Shown in pieces: positions 52,551 through 64,000 of a stretch of 64,000 nt of DNA. Source of the DNA: Lytechinus pictus (lineage: Eukaryota); contig NC_087245.1 in assembly GCF_037042905.1 (NCBI RefSeq), forward strand, positions 26,724,001-26,788,000. The letters run 5' to 3'. Made by a program: the position numbers and the translations under genes. The notes below the pieces were generated by a model. That model searched no databases and had not been told where the DNA came from. It was given only the letters and a program-made list of their open reading frames with translations. Every line of letters starts with the position of its first letter. The first letter of the stretch is position 1.

Positions 52551-54546
52551 GGGTGGTATTCTGAAAACGTTCTTATCTTTGTTCTTATCTTTTATCTTAT
52601 CTCACTGAGATAAGAAGACGCTAAAATCATTGCAAATCGGTATTCTGAAAATCTTCTTAACGCGTTCTTATCTCTGTAAGGACTGCCTCCTTCTTATCTT
52701 CAACACGCCCATTTTTAGGATATTACCAATCAAAATGCGCTTTATATTGGCAGTTTAACCAATAGAAGCGTTCCTTATGTGAAGAGAATATCATGGGCAC
52801 TGCGCGTACACTGTTTCTGGCGCATTGCGCGAAATAGGCATTTTGTACGCAATGACTGATTTTATTATTTCGAGACGTCCACGTGCACAAAATAAAGACA
52901 GAAAAGTAAATAAAGCAGGTACGAATAAGGAATAAAATATGAAGAAAGAAAGTAAGTAGGTATTGAAGTAAGAAGACAGAAAAGGGTCAGAATGAAGCAG
53001 AAAAAAAGATGAAAGGAACAAAGCAGAAAAATGAAAAAAAATAGAATAAACAAAAGAAAGCAAGCAAAATAACTCAAAAAGAAAAAAGAAAAAAAGAATG
53101 AATAAAAGAAGGAAAAAGAAGAAAGAAATAGAACAATTATCAATGATAAAGTGAAGGGAAAAAAATATAAAAAAAATAAAGAAAAGAACGAATCTATAAA
53201 AGGAACAAAAAAAGAAAAAGATCAGACTAAAAATAAAAAATAAAGTAACAAGGAACCGAAAAGGAAAAAAGGTTTGAAAAAAAACGAATGAAAGAAAGTT
53301 AGAAAGATAAAAAAGAAAGAAAGAGAGAAAAAGGGAATAAAAATTTAAAAAGTGAAGGAAGAAAAAAAGGAAAATGAAACATGAGAGAGAAATAATGAAA
53401 GGAAAATTAACGCAAACATGAAGACTACAAAAAGCTAAAGGAAAGAAAGCTAAATTCAAAGAAAGAAAGAAAGAAAGAACAAAAAACGAAAAGGGAAAAT
53501 AAAAAGTTAGGAAAAGAAAACGAAAAATAACATCAATGGAAAGAATAAAGAAAAAGTTAATAAAAGAAAGACAGAGAGAAGAAAGAAAGTAAAGACAAAT
53601 AGTAAATGAAGAACGAACAAAAAATGAGCGAAATAAAGAAAAAAAAGAAAGAAAGTAAAAAAAGACACAAAAAGTGTCAGAAAGCAGAAATAAAAAAAAT
53701 TAAGAAAGAAAAATTAAGAATTAAGGGAAGGAAGAAAAAGAAAAAGGGAGAAAAATAAAATCAATGATTAAAAAAAATGAAAAGCATATATAAAACGAAA
53801 GAATTTAAGAAAAAATAAGGAAGAAAAAAAAAAGATTACAAATAAATGAAGGAAGAAAGAAAGAAAAGGAAAGGAAGAGAAAAGGGGGAAAGCAGTAATA
53901 AAGACTCAGTAAAGAAAAAAAGAAAGAGATAAAACGAAAAGGGAAAATAAAAAGGAAGAAAGATGAAGTATAAATGAAACAAAGCAAAAGAAAAAAAAAT
54001 GAAAGATTCAAACAGAAGAAAACAAAAGATATAATTGAAGAATGAAAGAAAAGAAGAAAGACAGACAGATAGAAAGGAAGAAAAATAGAAAATAAATAAA
54101 AGAAAAGAAAGAAGGGATAGAAAAGAAGAGACGGTCAAAATAAAGGGTGAATTAAAGAAAGGGTGGGAGGAATACTTGTGCATTGGTATTTGTTACTACT
54201 AGTGGCCATCGATTTTGAGCAAGAAAGAACGCGTACATCGTGAGATGTGATTACCCTCTAGCTATCTTAAATATTATCTTAAATATCGTGAAAGATAAGA
54301 AAGAAAAAAGATAAGAACGTTTTCAGAATACCACTTATCTTCATTTTGTTCTTATCTTTTTAGCGCGCTTTTGTATTATATGCGCGAGTAGTAAATTTAC
54401 GCGCTCAGCATAGGATGGAAAGCAAGATAAGAAAAAGATAAGAACAAAAGATAAGAAAAAGATAAGAACGTTTTCAGAATACCAATTTGAGATCATGACG
54501 TAGATAAGAACAAAATTAAGATAAGAACGTTTTCAGAATACCGCCC
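52551..54546. mobile_element. PIF/Harbinger-type non-autonomous element inserted in pol
   Basis: 29-bp TIR ggg(t/c)ggtattctgaaaacgttcttatctt; CTG TSD; removing it restores the in-frame QEKDQVLAPLREWL; ~1.3-kb A/G-rich interior. Confidence 0.9.
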
Positions 54547-54549
54547 CTG

Positions 54550-55317
54550 GTCTTTTTCTTGCTCTTGCTTGACTAAATTGTCAGAAGGCGGTTCCTCTGC
54601 CACCTCAGCTGGGTCAACTGAGATACTTCAGATCTCAAATGAGTTGGCCTTGTTGAACAATATTTCCATGTGCGTGACAGGGAAAGTTTCTTCAACAGCC
54701 ACATTCGAGACCCTTTGGCTTTGACTTAATGGCACAACATCATCGACACAGTCGACAAAGTGCGCCCATTCTTTGTGTCTTTTGGTACAATATGAACACC
54801 CACCACACGGCAAGTCCTGTAGTCGCACACCATGCTCGTACCCTTCACACACTGATTCTGTATCAGGTATGTGCAAAAGAGAATCCGCATTAGAGTGGCG
54901 CCTACCGGGCCGGTGTTCGATTTGCATATTGTACTGCCCTAACTCCTCCAGCCAGCGAGACAGCTGTCCCGTCGGCGTTTTGAAGTTGAGCAGCCATGTG
55001 AGACTACCATGATCCGTTCTGACAGTAAAAAATGGCCTTCCTAAAAGGTAATGCCTATACTGTCTGCAGAATAACACCAACGCTAAGAGCTCGCGGCGAG
55101 TGACACAATAGTTCCTTTGTTGAGGAAAGAGAGACAAGCTGCCATAAGCTATGACCTTCTCCTCACCATTCTGAACTTGTAGCAGCTCTGCTCACATCGC
55201 TGTGCTAGAAGCATCCGTATCTAGGATGAACGGGTCATGTGCGTTTGGGAGTGTGAGCACAGGGGCTGAGGTTAAGAGAACTTTGATTTGTTCAAATGCC
55301 TTCTGATGAAACTCTGT
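54550..55317 (-). pseudogene. pol: pol: RNase H (frameshifted)
   Basis: APVLTLP..DPFILDTDAS, RNYCVTRRELLALV, TDHGSLTWL, NADSL. Confidence 0.9.
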
Positions 55318-56502
55318 TTAACTAAAAGCATTGTTGCCTGTGAGCTCATACAATGGCCCAGCCACCCGTGCATAGTCTTTCATAAACACCCTGTGATAGT
55401 TGGCCAACCCTAGGAAATGTTCTACTTCTTTAGTGGAAGCAGGGGTAGGCCAATCCACTACCCTTCGGATGTTTTCTTCTGGTAGATGCAAGCCTGTAGC
55501 ATCCACTTCCCTACCCAAGAACTCCACCTTTCGTTGAAACAAGGCACACTTCTTGGGTTTCAATTTGAGTTTGTAGTCCTTGAAACGCCTCAGGACTGCC
55601 CCTAATACCAGGATATCATCCAAGAATGCAATGAGCCACGTCCCATGTGAGACCTCTCAGGACTAAGTTCATCACACGTTGGAAGGTGGCCGGCGCATTG
55701 CACAGGCCAAATCCCATGCGGACGAACTCATACAGCCCATGTTTTGTAACGAAGGCCGTTTTGTCCCTATCTGCTTCGGTTACCTTGATTTGCCAATAAG
55801 CTGCAACGCATCAAGTTTGGAAAACCACTTGTTGCCCGCTAAAGTATCAAGGCATTCTTCGATACATGGTAAGGGGTAGACATCCTTTTTGGTGACATTG
55901 TTTAACTTGCGGTAATCAATGCACCATCGAACTCCTCCATCTTTTTTCCTCACTAACACAGGGGGCGATGCTCATTCAGACATAGACGGCTGGATAACTC
56001 CAGCGGCAAGCATCTTGTCGAGATGTGCCTGCTCCTCCTGAATGAAATTCAGGGGGGTCCGCCTCATCTTTTGTTTTATGGGCCTTGCATCACCCGTGTC
56101 TATGCTATGAGTTACCTCATTGAAACCACCAAGGTCAAACTCATCTTTTGCGAACACTGATTGATATTTTAGTAGCAGCCCTCTCAACTCCTCCTGTTCC
56201 TCTGGGGCCAGCCCCTCAATAGAGCGGCCCCAAAGGTCCAGAAGGTGAGGAGGTATGTCTGAGTCCGAAGCTTCTACAGTGTTGATACTCCTAACTGTGA
56301 CACCCTCTGAGGGTTCTATCACTGAGACTTGGTAAGCTTTCCCAATCATATCACCCCTTCGTAACTTGTAGGTCATGTCAGAGGGATTTATCAGGAAAAC
56401 TTCTGTATCTTTCTTACTTTCATGAAGGCTCCGGGGTATAAGAACGGGTATGGGCAGGAAAGGCAAAGGTTCCACCAAGAATGGGCTAGAATTAAGTGCC
56501 AC
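55318..56502 (-). pseudogene. pol: pol: reverse transcriptase (frameshifted)
   Basis: HSIDTGDARPIKQ, PVLVRKKDGGVRWCIDYRKLN, DVYPLP, FLDDILV, LKPKKCALF, FLGLANYHR. Confidence 0.93.
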
Positions 56503-56523
56503 CGAACACTTAACCCTTCGAAA

Positions 56524-57117
56524 CTAACATGGAGGAACACAAACGCCCTTATCTACACACACCTTTGCCGTACTCCCCGAATCTTCGCGTTGGATTATTG
56601 GTAGGTTTTCACCGTTCAGAGTTAGGATAGCATTTGGAATGCTAATATTGGCGTTGTGTTTTCTTAATAGATCAACGCCAAACAACATCTCATCTGCTAT
56701 CGGAGCTACGTGAATCTCCTCGTTGAGTATTTGGTTACCCAGCTGGAGCTTGATAGGTCCTATCACAATGCCATCCATTGTCATGTCTCGGCCAGCCCCC
56801 TTAAGAACTACACGCTTAAGGATTGGCAGCCGAGGCTGGAGGCGATGGAAAAGCCTATCAGATATAATGGTGACAGCTGCCGCAGTGTCCAAAACGGATG
56901 TAATGGGCTCCTTGCCAACTGTCAACTCAACACTCAATGTTGAAGTAGACACAATTCTACAAATGACTTCTTCAACCTCTTGATCTTTAACATCACCAGA
57001 AATGTCTGGTGGCCATGGCGGATTCCTCCAAGGGTGCTCAGTTACCTTAGAGAATTTCGGGCTCCCTGGGCTTGCTTGTGAGTCCGGTGCCTGTTGGTTC
57101 CCATGGTCTTGTGGCAT
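56524..57117 (-). pseudogene. pol: pol: aspartic protease
   Basis: VLDTAAAVTII (DTG-like active site) and MLFGVDLL. Confidence 0.88.
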
Positions 57118-57128
57118 AAGGCTGCCCT

Positions 57129-59513
57129 TTAATGGAATGGGGATGGCGGGGGAGGGGATCTCTGATCGGATCGGGGACTCCCCATCTCCGCCGATCCCTG
57201 TCCATTTCCCTCCTCCTCGAAGGTTACAGCCCTTACTTGTCTACTGTTCACAGGCGATCTTCCCATGGGGCAGGCCCTGCTGAAATGGCCTTCTTCCCTG
57301 AAACAGCCTGTGAAGTTTCGCTGACGATCAGTTGTAGTTGGCGGAGGGCCAGAAAATGGCCTTCGGCCTCCTACTGACCGATCTGGTGTCAAATTTGAGT
57401 TAAACCTCGGCCTGTCTGGCGTACCTGGAGCCCGACCAGAGGTATACTTTGGTCTGTCCGGGGTACCAGGAACTCGGCCGGAGGTGTATTTCTGCCTGTC
57501 AGGTGTAACAGGGGCACGGCCTGAGGGGTACCTCGACCGGCCTACCGACACCGACAAGAGTTCCTTTGTGCTTCGAGATAGATCCGTGATCGCAGCGACC
57601 ATCGAATCCATCTTGGATGCCCATACTGCATTTTGGCCTGCCAGAGCACTTATTCTAGCCTCAAGGCTAGAATTTCCCTTCTTGGCAGCCTCTTGGGGAG
57701 ACATCTTTTGCACCCTTAGGTCATTATCATCATTTCCCATCGAGAGCTGCCTTACCTCTTTTCTCGACCTAGGGCCATGCGTATGCATGGTCTTCTGGGT
57801 AAACTGAAACCATGTGTACTTAGTCATGTCTTCATCTAATGTCCCAGGACGAGAAGTCAGGACATGATGCCCTGCATCTTTGTCTTGGGCACCTTTGCAG
57901 AACCTTGCCACTACAAGTTCTTGGACGAACTTGTCTGGAAGGCCTACAAAGGCCTGACCTGCAAGTGTCATAAGCCTATCTGCCCATTTGATTATGTCTT
58001 CATCCGAGCGTTGGAAAGCCGATTGAAATTGCATCCGAGTAACTTCCGGCTCATCCTGGAGAGCAAACCGCTTCTCCAACTTGGTAACCAAGTGAGAGAA
58101 GGAGATATTTGGGTTGCTCTCCTGGATGAGAGCCATGAACTTACTAGCTTCAGCCTCCAACGCCAGACACAGCTGATATTTCTTGTCTGCATCAGACATG
58201 CTGTGTCTTTCGGTGTATAGTTGGAACTTTGAATAGAAGGCCGCCCAACTTCCTTTGCCGTCGAACGAAATAGTCTTCGGCAAAGGGGTTGGTCTAGAAG
58301 GGGGCCTTCTGTCGTCATACACAGCACCACAGGTCTTGAGGCCGAAGTCTGGTGACGCGGGGCGGTTGATTTCTTGTTGGCAGCCCCAAGTATCCAGGAC
58401 TTACTGATGGCCTTGTGGTGTTTCTGTGTTCATTGTATACTGGGTCTCCTTGTCCATCTCCTTGGGGTCCAGTGCCTTGATACACAGGGTTGCTACCCCC
58501 ATATTGCAAGTCACATGGTCCTTGGGGAGAGGTTTGCGGGGCCACAGTGTTAGGATATTGTGGCGGATATCTGCCTCCAACCCATGGTGGGCAATATCCA
58601 CCATAGGCGGCAACAGGGTTGCCGTATGGAGGAGCTGGTTGTCCAATTCCTCCAAATGGCATCATTTGCATCATCCTAAACATCACGCCATACATTTCCT
58701 CATACTGTGCTTGTGTAAAGTGTGGAACGGCCTGTGGATAGCTATGTGGAGGTGTCTGGGTAGTTTGATTGAACATTGCTGGTCGGCCACCCTGAGCTCT
58801 GGGAGCCTGACCATGCAAATCTACCTGGGCATGAGGACCAAATTGGAACTGGGGTCCTGGTGGGGAAGCTACCTGGGCACGAGGACCAAATTGGAACTGG
58901 GGTCCTGGTAGGGAAGCTACCTGGGCACGAGGACCAAATTGGAACTGGGGTCCTGGTGGGGTAACTTGGTGGGGACCCTGTGGTGGGAACAGGCCATCGT
59001 TCCATCCTGAAAATCCAAATTGATTTGCCCAGAGGGACTTAGCCCTATCTTCTGGAGAGGCCGAAGGCTGCTGAGTAGAAGCGCCACCTGGCCTCCCCCC
59101 TGTGAAAAATGAGGGGGCCTCCCCGGCCTGTGTCTGAGAAGACTGGCCTACGGCACCCTGTGCGCTATGTGCACGGGTGTGCTGTGGCCAAGCCTCAAAC
59201 GCCTGGCTCACGGGGGGCTCCTTTGATTGAATAAGTGAACGCTCGTAGAAGGCTCGTCTCCTTTGGAACGCACTTCTCTGCGGTCAACATTACGAGCCGT
59301 TGTTGTTGGCTCATAATCAAAGGCGTAAACTAACAGTCCCGCCTTCGGTACGTGAGGTATTGACAAGAATATATCCGGAGTAAGGTCGGCCGCCTCGGCC
59401 GCCTCCCTCGCGTGTAGAATGCGGTTGGCGGTGGCCATACCCACTCTGGGCAGACTCATCAATTCCTCAGACGAACAAAAATTGATTTTAATTCTTGGAA
59501 TGTTGCTTGCCAT
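57129..59513 (-). pseudogene. gag: gag: N-terminal HhH, Pro/Gln/Gly-rich spacer, capsid-like domain, degenerate zinc knuckle; two frame breaks (~59210, ~58320)
   Basis: ATG at 59513 in aagATGG context (MASNIPRIKINFCSSEELMSLPRVGMATANRI); ISFDGKGSWAAFYSKF capsid-type motif; CFREEGHFSRAC knuckle remnant. Confidence 0.82.
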
Positions 59514-59691
59514 CTTGATGTAGGGAATAAAATTAATCAGTAACCAAAAAAGACTCACAATAGTCAATTGAAAATAAATTTGGGACAAATTAAATTCCAA
59601 AATTGAACTGTAATTAACCAAAAATTATCCTGCAGACTACTTTGTCTTGCGGATAAAATCAAAATAAATCTGGGACAAAATCAACTTTTAA

Positions 59692-61257
59692 ACAAGTGGA
59701 ACGCCTCTGGCAGTCTCGCCTGCATTACGCGATTTTAATATCGCAGCAGTGCTAACTTTGAAAACTACTATAAAATAATCATTCACAAAAACACCATTCA
59801 TATAATGACATAATACCACGTTCATTGACCATAAATGACATTTGAACGGTGACTTAAGACTTGTCAACTACACCCATGTCCACATTTCATTCACTCTATC
59901 TATAAACTTTCAAAGTTATGATGGCAATTCAACAATTACCCTTACATGGCCTAAGTTTATTGACCTTAACTGACCTTTGACCTTGGTTTTGTGACCTGAA
60001 ACTCACAGGGGATGTTCAGTGATACTTGATTACTCTTATATCCCAAGTTTTATGAACTAGATCCATAAACTTTCAGAGTTACAATGGTAATTCGACAAAT
60101 ACCCCCAACATGGCCAAAGTTCATTGACCTTTAATGACCTTTGACCATGGTCATGTGACCTGAAACTCGTACAGGATGTTCAGTGATACTTGATTACTCT
60201 TATGTCCAAGTTTTATGAACTAGATCAAAGTACAAACGTACAATAAATGCTGCACTTTATTCAAAATCCATGTCATTTTCACCAAAATTTGCAGAGTTGT
60301 AGAGGAAGGTATACCTAAGAGGTACAAACATTAAAAAATAGGGGTTCATGTGCTTGTTTTTAAACTATCAGCATTTTTATTAGAGCAAATGTGCTTTTTA
60401 AAACACCAAAAATGGGCCGAATGCTTAGTATCTATGTGAAGAAAATATCAAAACCACTCTACCATTCATTCAAACTCGGGGTAATATATGTGATTCTTGG
60501 CAGCACTGCAGAGTAAAGTATTTTGAAATTGTAGAGAATATTTTTTTGAATGGTCTATGAAATAATTCAATTTTTTAGCTTCATGAAATAACGCATCGGA
60601 TCTGCAGTTAAAGTGCAGAAGATGAGAAAAATCAGCTCATACCCGCAGCTAATTAATCACCTGTTCATCCATTGTGACGTCAGCGCGCAGAGTCTAAACT
60701 ATGCGCAGATCATAATGCGCACAAATTTAAATGTTGAACTTCCTTAACCTAATGTCCAAGTTTCATGAACTAGATCTATAAATTTTCAAAGTTATGATGG
60801 TAATTCAACAAATACCCCCAACTTGGCCAAAGTTCATTGACCCTAAATGACCTTTGACCTGGGTCATGTGACCTGAAACTCAGGCAGGATGTTCACTAAT
60901 ACTTGATTAACCTTATGTCCAAGTTTCATGAACTAGGTCCATATACTTTCTAAGTTATGATGTCATTTCTAAAACTTAACCTTCGGTTAAGATTTTGAAA
61001 ATAATTCTCCCAACATGGTCAAAGTTCATTGACCCTAAATGACCTTTGACCTTGGTCATGTGACCTGAAACTCAGGCAGGATGTTCAGTAATACTTGATT
61101 AACTTTATGTCCACGTTTCATGAACTAGGTCCATAGACTTTCTAAGTTATGATGTCATTTCAAAAACTTAACCTTAGGTTAAGATTTGATGTTGACGCCG
61201 CCGCCGTCGGAAAAGCGGCGCCTATAGTCTTGCTCTGCTATGCAGGCGAGACAAAAA
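59692..61257 (+). mobile_element. Helentron-associated non-autonomous element (HINE/DINE-like) in the Gypsy leader
   Basis: ACAAG start, sub-terminal gtctcgcctgca / tgcaggcgagac pair, internal tgacctttgacc tandem units, 3' hairpin and A tail; related copies at ~25330-26135 and ~32527-32765. Confidence 0.72.
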
Positions 61258-62566
61258 TGAAAGAGAAATTAACAGAACTAACCTCAAAATATCCTGAGAA
61301 TGTTATTAAATTAAAATCCAGAGGCTACCTTGCCTAAAAAATAAAATTCCTGTATGATTTAATTCTTAGGAGAGAAAAGAAAAAAATGCAAACAATCGAA
61401 CGCTCACTTGTTCAAAGAAAGATGTGAAATATATAGAAATAAAGTTTTTTTATTGTTTTTTTTAACAAAAGTTAATATTTACAAGTACAATATTTGTTTT
61501 CAATACAATTCAAACAAATGGAATAATGAATAGATCTTTATACAATTTATTTAGATATATACAGAATTTATTTAGTTGTAGAATTTCTAATTTATTAATT
61601 TGAATGTGGATTGATATAAAGATCAGCAGCACAGCTCACAGCATTCACTCAACAGCAGCAGCAGCAACAATATAACAGCACAGCAACAGCAGCAAAATAT
61701 ATAATACAGCAGCAGCAGCAACAAAATAATTACACAACGGCAGCAACAATTAATTAACAACAACAAAATATTCAAAACAACAGCAGCAGCAACAACAAAA
61801 TTATTAATACAAGACTGAATTTCCTGATTTCCTGAGACGTATAACCAAAAAAATAATAGATTCCTAACAATTTAACAACAGCAGCAGCAGCAAATTTCTG
61901 GTGTTTTCTCCAAAAACACCCAGAAATATAATTACAAAAAAAATAATACCAACTACAGCAGCAGCAGCGCGGCGGTCAAAGGAGAAAAGCAAATTCAGGC
62001 TTGTAATAAAATAATCAACTCACAACATCAATAATGTTCAGCAATACATTCACACACACCACATCAGTAAACACAGTCAAACGCAATAAAAAAATCATCA
62101 CAGTAAATCACACTTGGTGGCCCGGAAAAAAATAATTATCCAACGAGGGAAGATTTAAATATTATTACTCAAACAAGATATGTGGATATTTACCCTAAAT
62201 AATAGAACGGATATTGCTTGTCCCAATTGCAAATCCGATTAGCTCCTTCAGAGCTAGCCACTGAATTGCATTCAGGGCTTGCAGCAGTGCCGATCGGTAA
62301 AAAGTAAAGTAAATTCACGGAACTAAATGTCAGAGAAAATTCACCAAAAAATAAAATCTCAAACTAAAATAATATGTTATTTGATATTTAATTTAAGATT
62401 TTGAAAGAAACAGAGTCAAACAGCTCAAATTAATATAAAGAAACTAAAATTTTCAAGATGGCGGCGGCTTTTTATATTCTGCCACGGCCAACGCAGATTC
62501 TGCAATCGGCGTTGCTATGGCGAAGTACAGAAAATGTTTTGCCGAAAAAAAATAAAAATCACTTTA

Positions 62567-62579
62567 ATCTTCGTCGCCA
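62567..62579 (-). promoter_or_regulatory. Primer-binding site, probably tRNA-Ser(GCU)
   Basis: Minus strand TGGCGACGAAGAT lies 1 nt inside the 5' LTR; near-complementary to the 3' end ...AUC(C/U)UCGUCGCCA of eukaryotic tRNA-Ser(GCU), from recall. Confidence 0.75.
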
Positions 62580-62580
62580 G

Positions 62581-62864
62581 TATTGCGAGGGGCCGATAAC
62601 ATAAACAGTCATACACTCACATACACCGGGAAAAGGTCCTACCTTATAACTTGTTAAGCACAGCTCACTCGTATATTATAGGTCTGCTACGTCCGGGGGC
62701 TGAGTATGGAATGGCGTTTCTGTGATTCCGTGTGCAGTACCGGTGTGTGTATATGGTTGGTTTGTGTGTTGTGCGCAAGTTTTCCCGCCCGTGGGTCAGG
62801 TGACATGATGTGTATAAACTGTCTTCTGCTTAAATACTACAATGATTCAACCCCCCTATCACTA
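62581..62864 (-). repeat. 5' LTR (~284 bp)
   Basis: Matches the split copy with 4 substitutions and 2 indels (7 and 16 bp) by eye; directly adjacent to the PBS. Confidence 0.93.
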
Positions 62865-63822
62865 TAGCTAATATGGCCCAACTTTTTTGCTTGTCAAATT
62901 TTACACACGAAAATGTGCCCTCCCCTTTAAAAAATCCTGGATCCATTCCTGATGTAATCTTATAATAACCTGGGAAATGAAGGTTTATTTAAAATGTTTA
63001 TGTAAATCTTTAAAAAAAAAAAAAAATTTATTGAGATCATTAGTTGGTTGATTTCGATACTATATGATTAATTTTTATTCATGGCTATGAAGGAACCCTG
63101 TAATGTTAATTTCATATTCTGATTATATCTCTTGTTGTATAAATAAAAAATCAGACTAAAACTTTTGAAAAAAAATTAATTCATTTTGTCTACTATTCAT
63201 GGAAAAATTTCTATTCAGTGGGTGTGGATGCAAGAGATGTGTGCGTATATATTAGGGACGCATCATGCATCATTAGATATGGGGGGGGGGGCTAGAAGTT
63301 TTTCCAAAAAAAAATTGACTTGCTATATGTCATATGAGCAAAAAAGAAAAAACTTGACTCAGCATCAGAGTAAAAAAAACTTGGTCCACTGAAAAATCAT
63401 CTGAAACTTAACATTTAACAAAGGTGAAAAAAAAACTTTTCTCAATGAAGGAAAAAAACTAACTAAAGACTTTGTCAAAGAAAGGGAAAAAATTGCATCA
63501 ACCCAAACTTCCAGCCCCCCCCCCCCTGGGTATCTAATGGTGCATCCCTTAGTGATGCTCAGATTGGATTTCAAGATGAGTTGGATGTGGGTGGCTGGGT
63601 ACTGGTTAACCCAGGGAACTCCCGCCCGCACGGCGGGCGGGAGCCCAGGGGCTTACCGTGTATTTGACCATACTCACGGGACTAGCGTGATTTATGGTCT
63701 AAATATTTCTCCAAATGAATTGTGAAAACAGAAATTATTCACTTACCACGATTATATGGATGAAGGTCTAACGAGTGGCAGTTTCCTGACATCGAGGCAC
63801 AGACTGGAACTTCAAAAAAACG

Positions 63823-64000
63823 AAAAGTTCTCTCCTTCTACCCCAGTCTCGATCGGCCATTTTGTTACGATTCATAACAAAAATGGCCGATCGAGACTGG
63901 GTCTGGGGTAGAAGGAAAAGTTCTCTCCTTCTACCCCAGTCTCGATCGGCCATTTTGTTACGATTCATAACAAAAATGGCCGATCGAGACTGGGTCTGGG
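63823..64000. repeat. 93-bp tandem repeat of a hairpin unit (runs off the window)
   Basis: cccagtctcgatcggccattttgtta-loop-taacaaaaatggccgatcgagactggg, twice. Confidence 0.9.

Larger units (their letters stand above)
40675..62864 (-). mobile_element. Ty3/Gypsy LTR retrotransposon (degenerate, with nested insertions) carrying HhH-Gag, PHD-integrase and a TatD ORF3
   Basis: Paired direct LTRs (62581-62864; 40675-40790 + 48807-48997), PBS and PPT in the correct positions, and domain order Gag-PR-RT-RH-IN on the minus strand. Confidence 0.95.

Noticed and set aside
52791..54183. Phe/Leu-rich 'membrane protein' ORFs
   Set aside because: Artefact of the A/G-rich tract inside the Harbinger-type insertion
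50019..58964. Plus-strand and alternate-frame ORFs overlapping gag/pol/ORF3
   Set aside because: Shadow ORFs of GC-richer coding DNA with no recognisable motifs

Overview
AT-rich, repeat-dense eukaryotic (metazoan) DNA. The repeat families suggest a marine invertebrate such as a sea urchin, but this cannot be proven from the sequence. No intact host gene is evident. The main feature is a minus-strand Ty3/Gypsy LTR retrotransposon at about 40675-62864 (about 10.6 kb once nested insertions are removed). It has ~284-bp LTRs, a tRNA-Ser-like PBS and a PPT. It also carries unusual cargo: a ComEA-type helix-hairpin-helix motif at the Gag N-terminus, a CFP1-like PHD finger fused to the integrase C-terminus, and a TatD-family nuclease ORF in the env position behind its own splice acceptor. 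This copy is frameshifted and holds three insertions: an 8-kb TA-flanked TIR element splitting the 3' LTR, a 2-kb Harbinger-type element in pol, and a Helentron-type element in the leader. The rest of the window holds a frameshifted Merlin transposase, THAP/P-element relics, possible KDZ transposase relics, many MITEs, HINEs, SINEs, CR1 and Penelope fragments, and several minisatellites with higher-order structure. A series of minus-strand splice signals suggests a spliced non-coding or pseudogenic transcript. All alignments and counts were done by eye.
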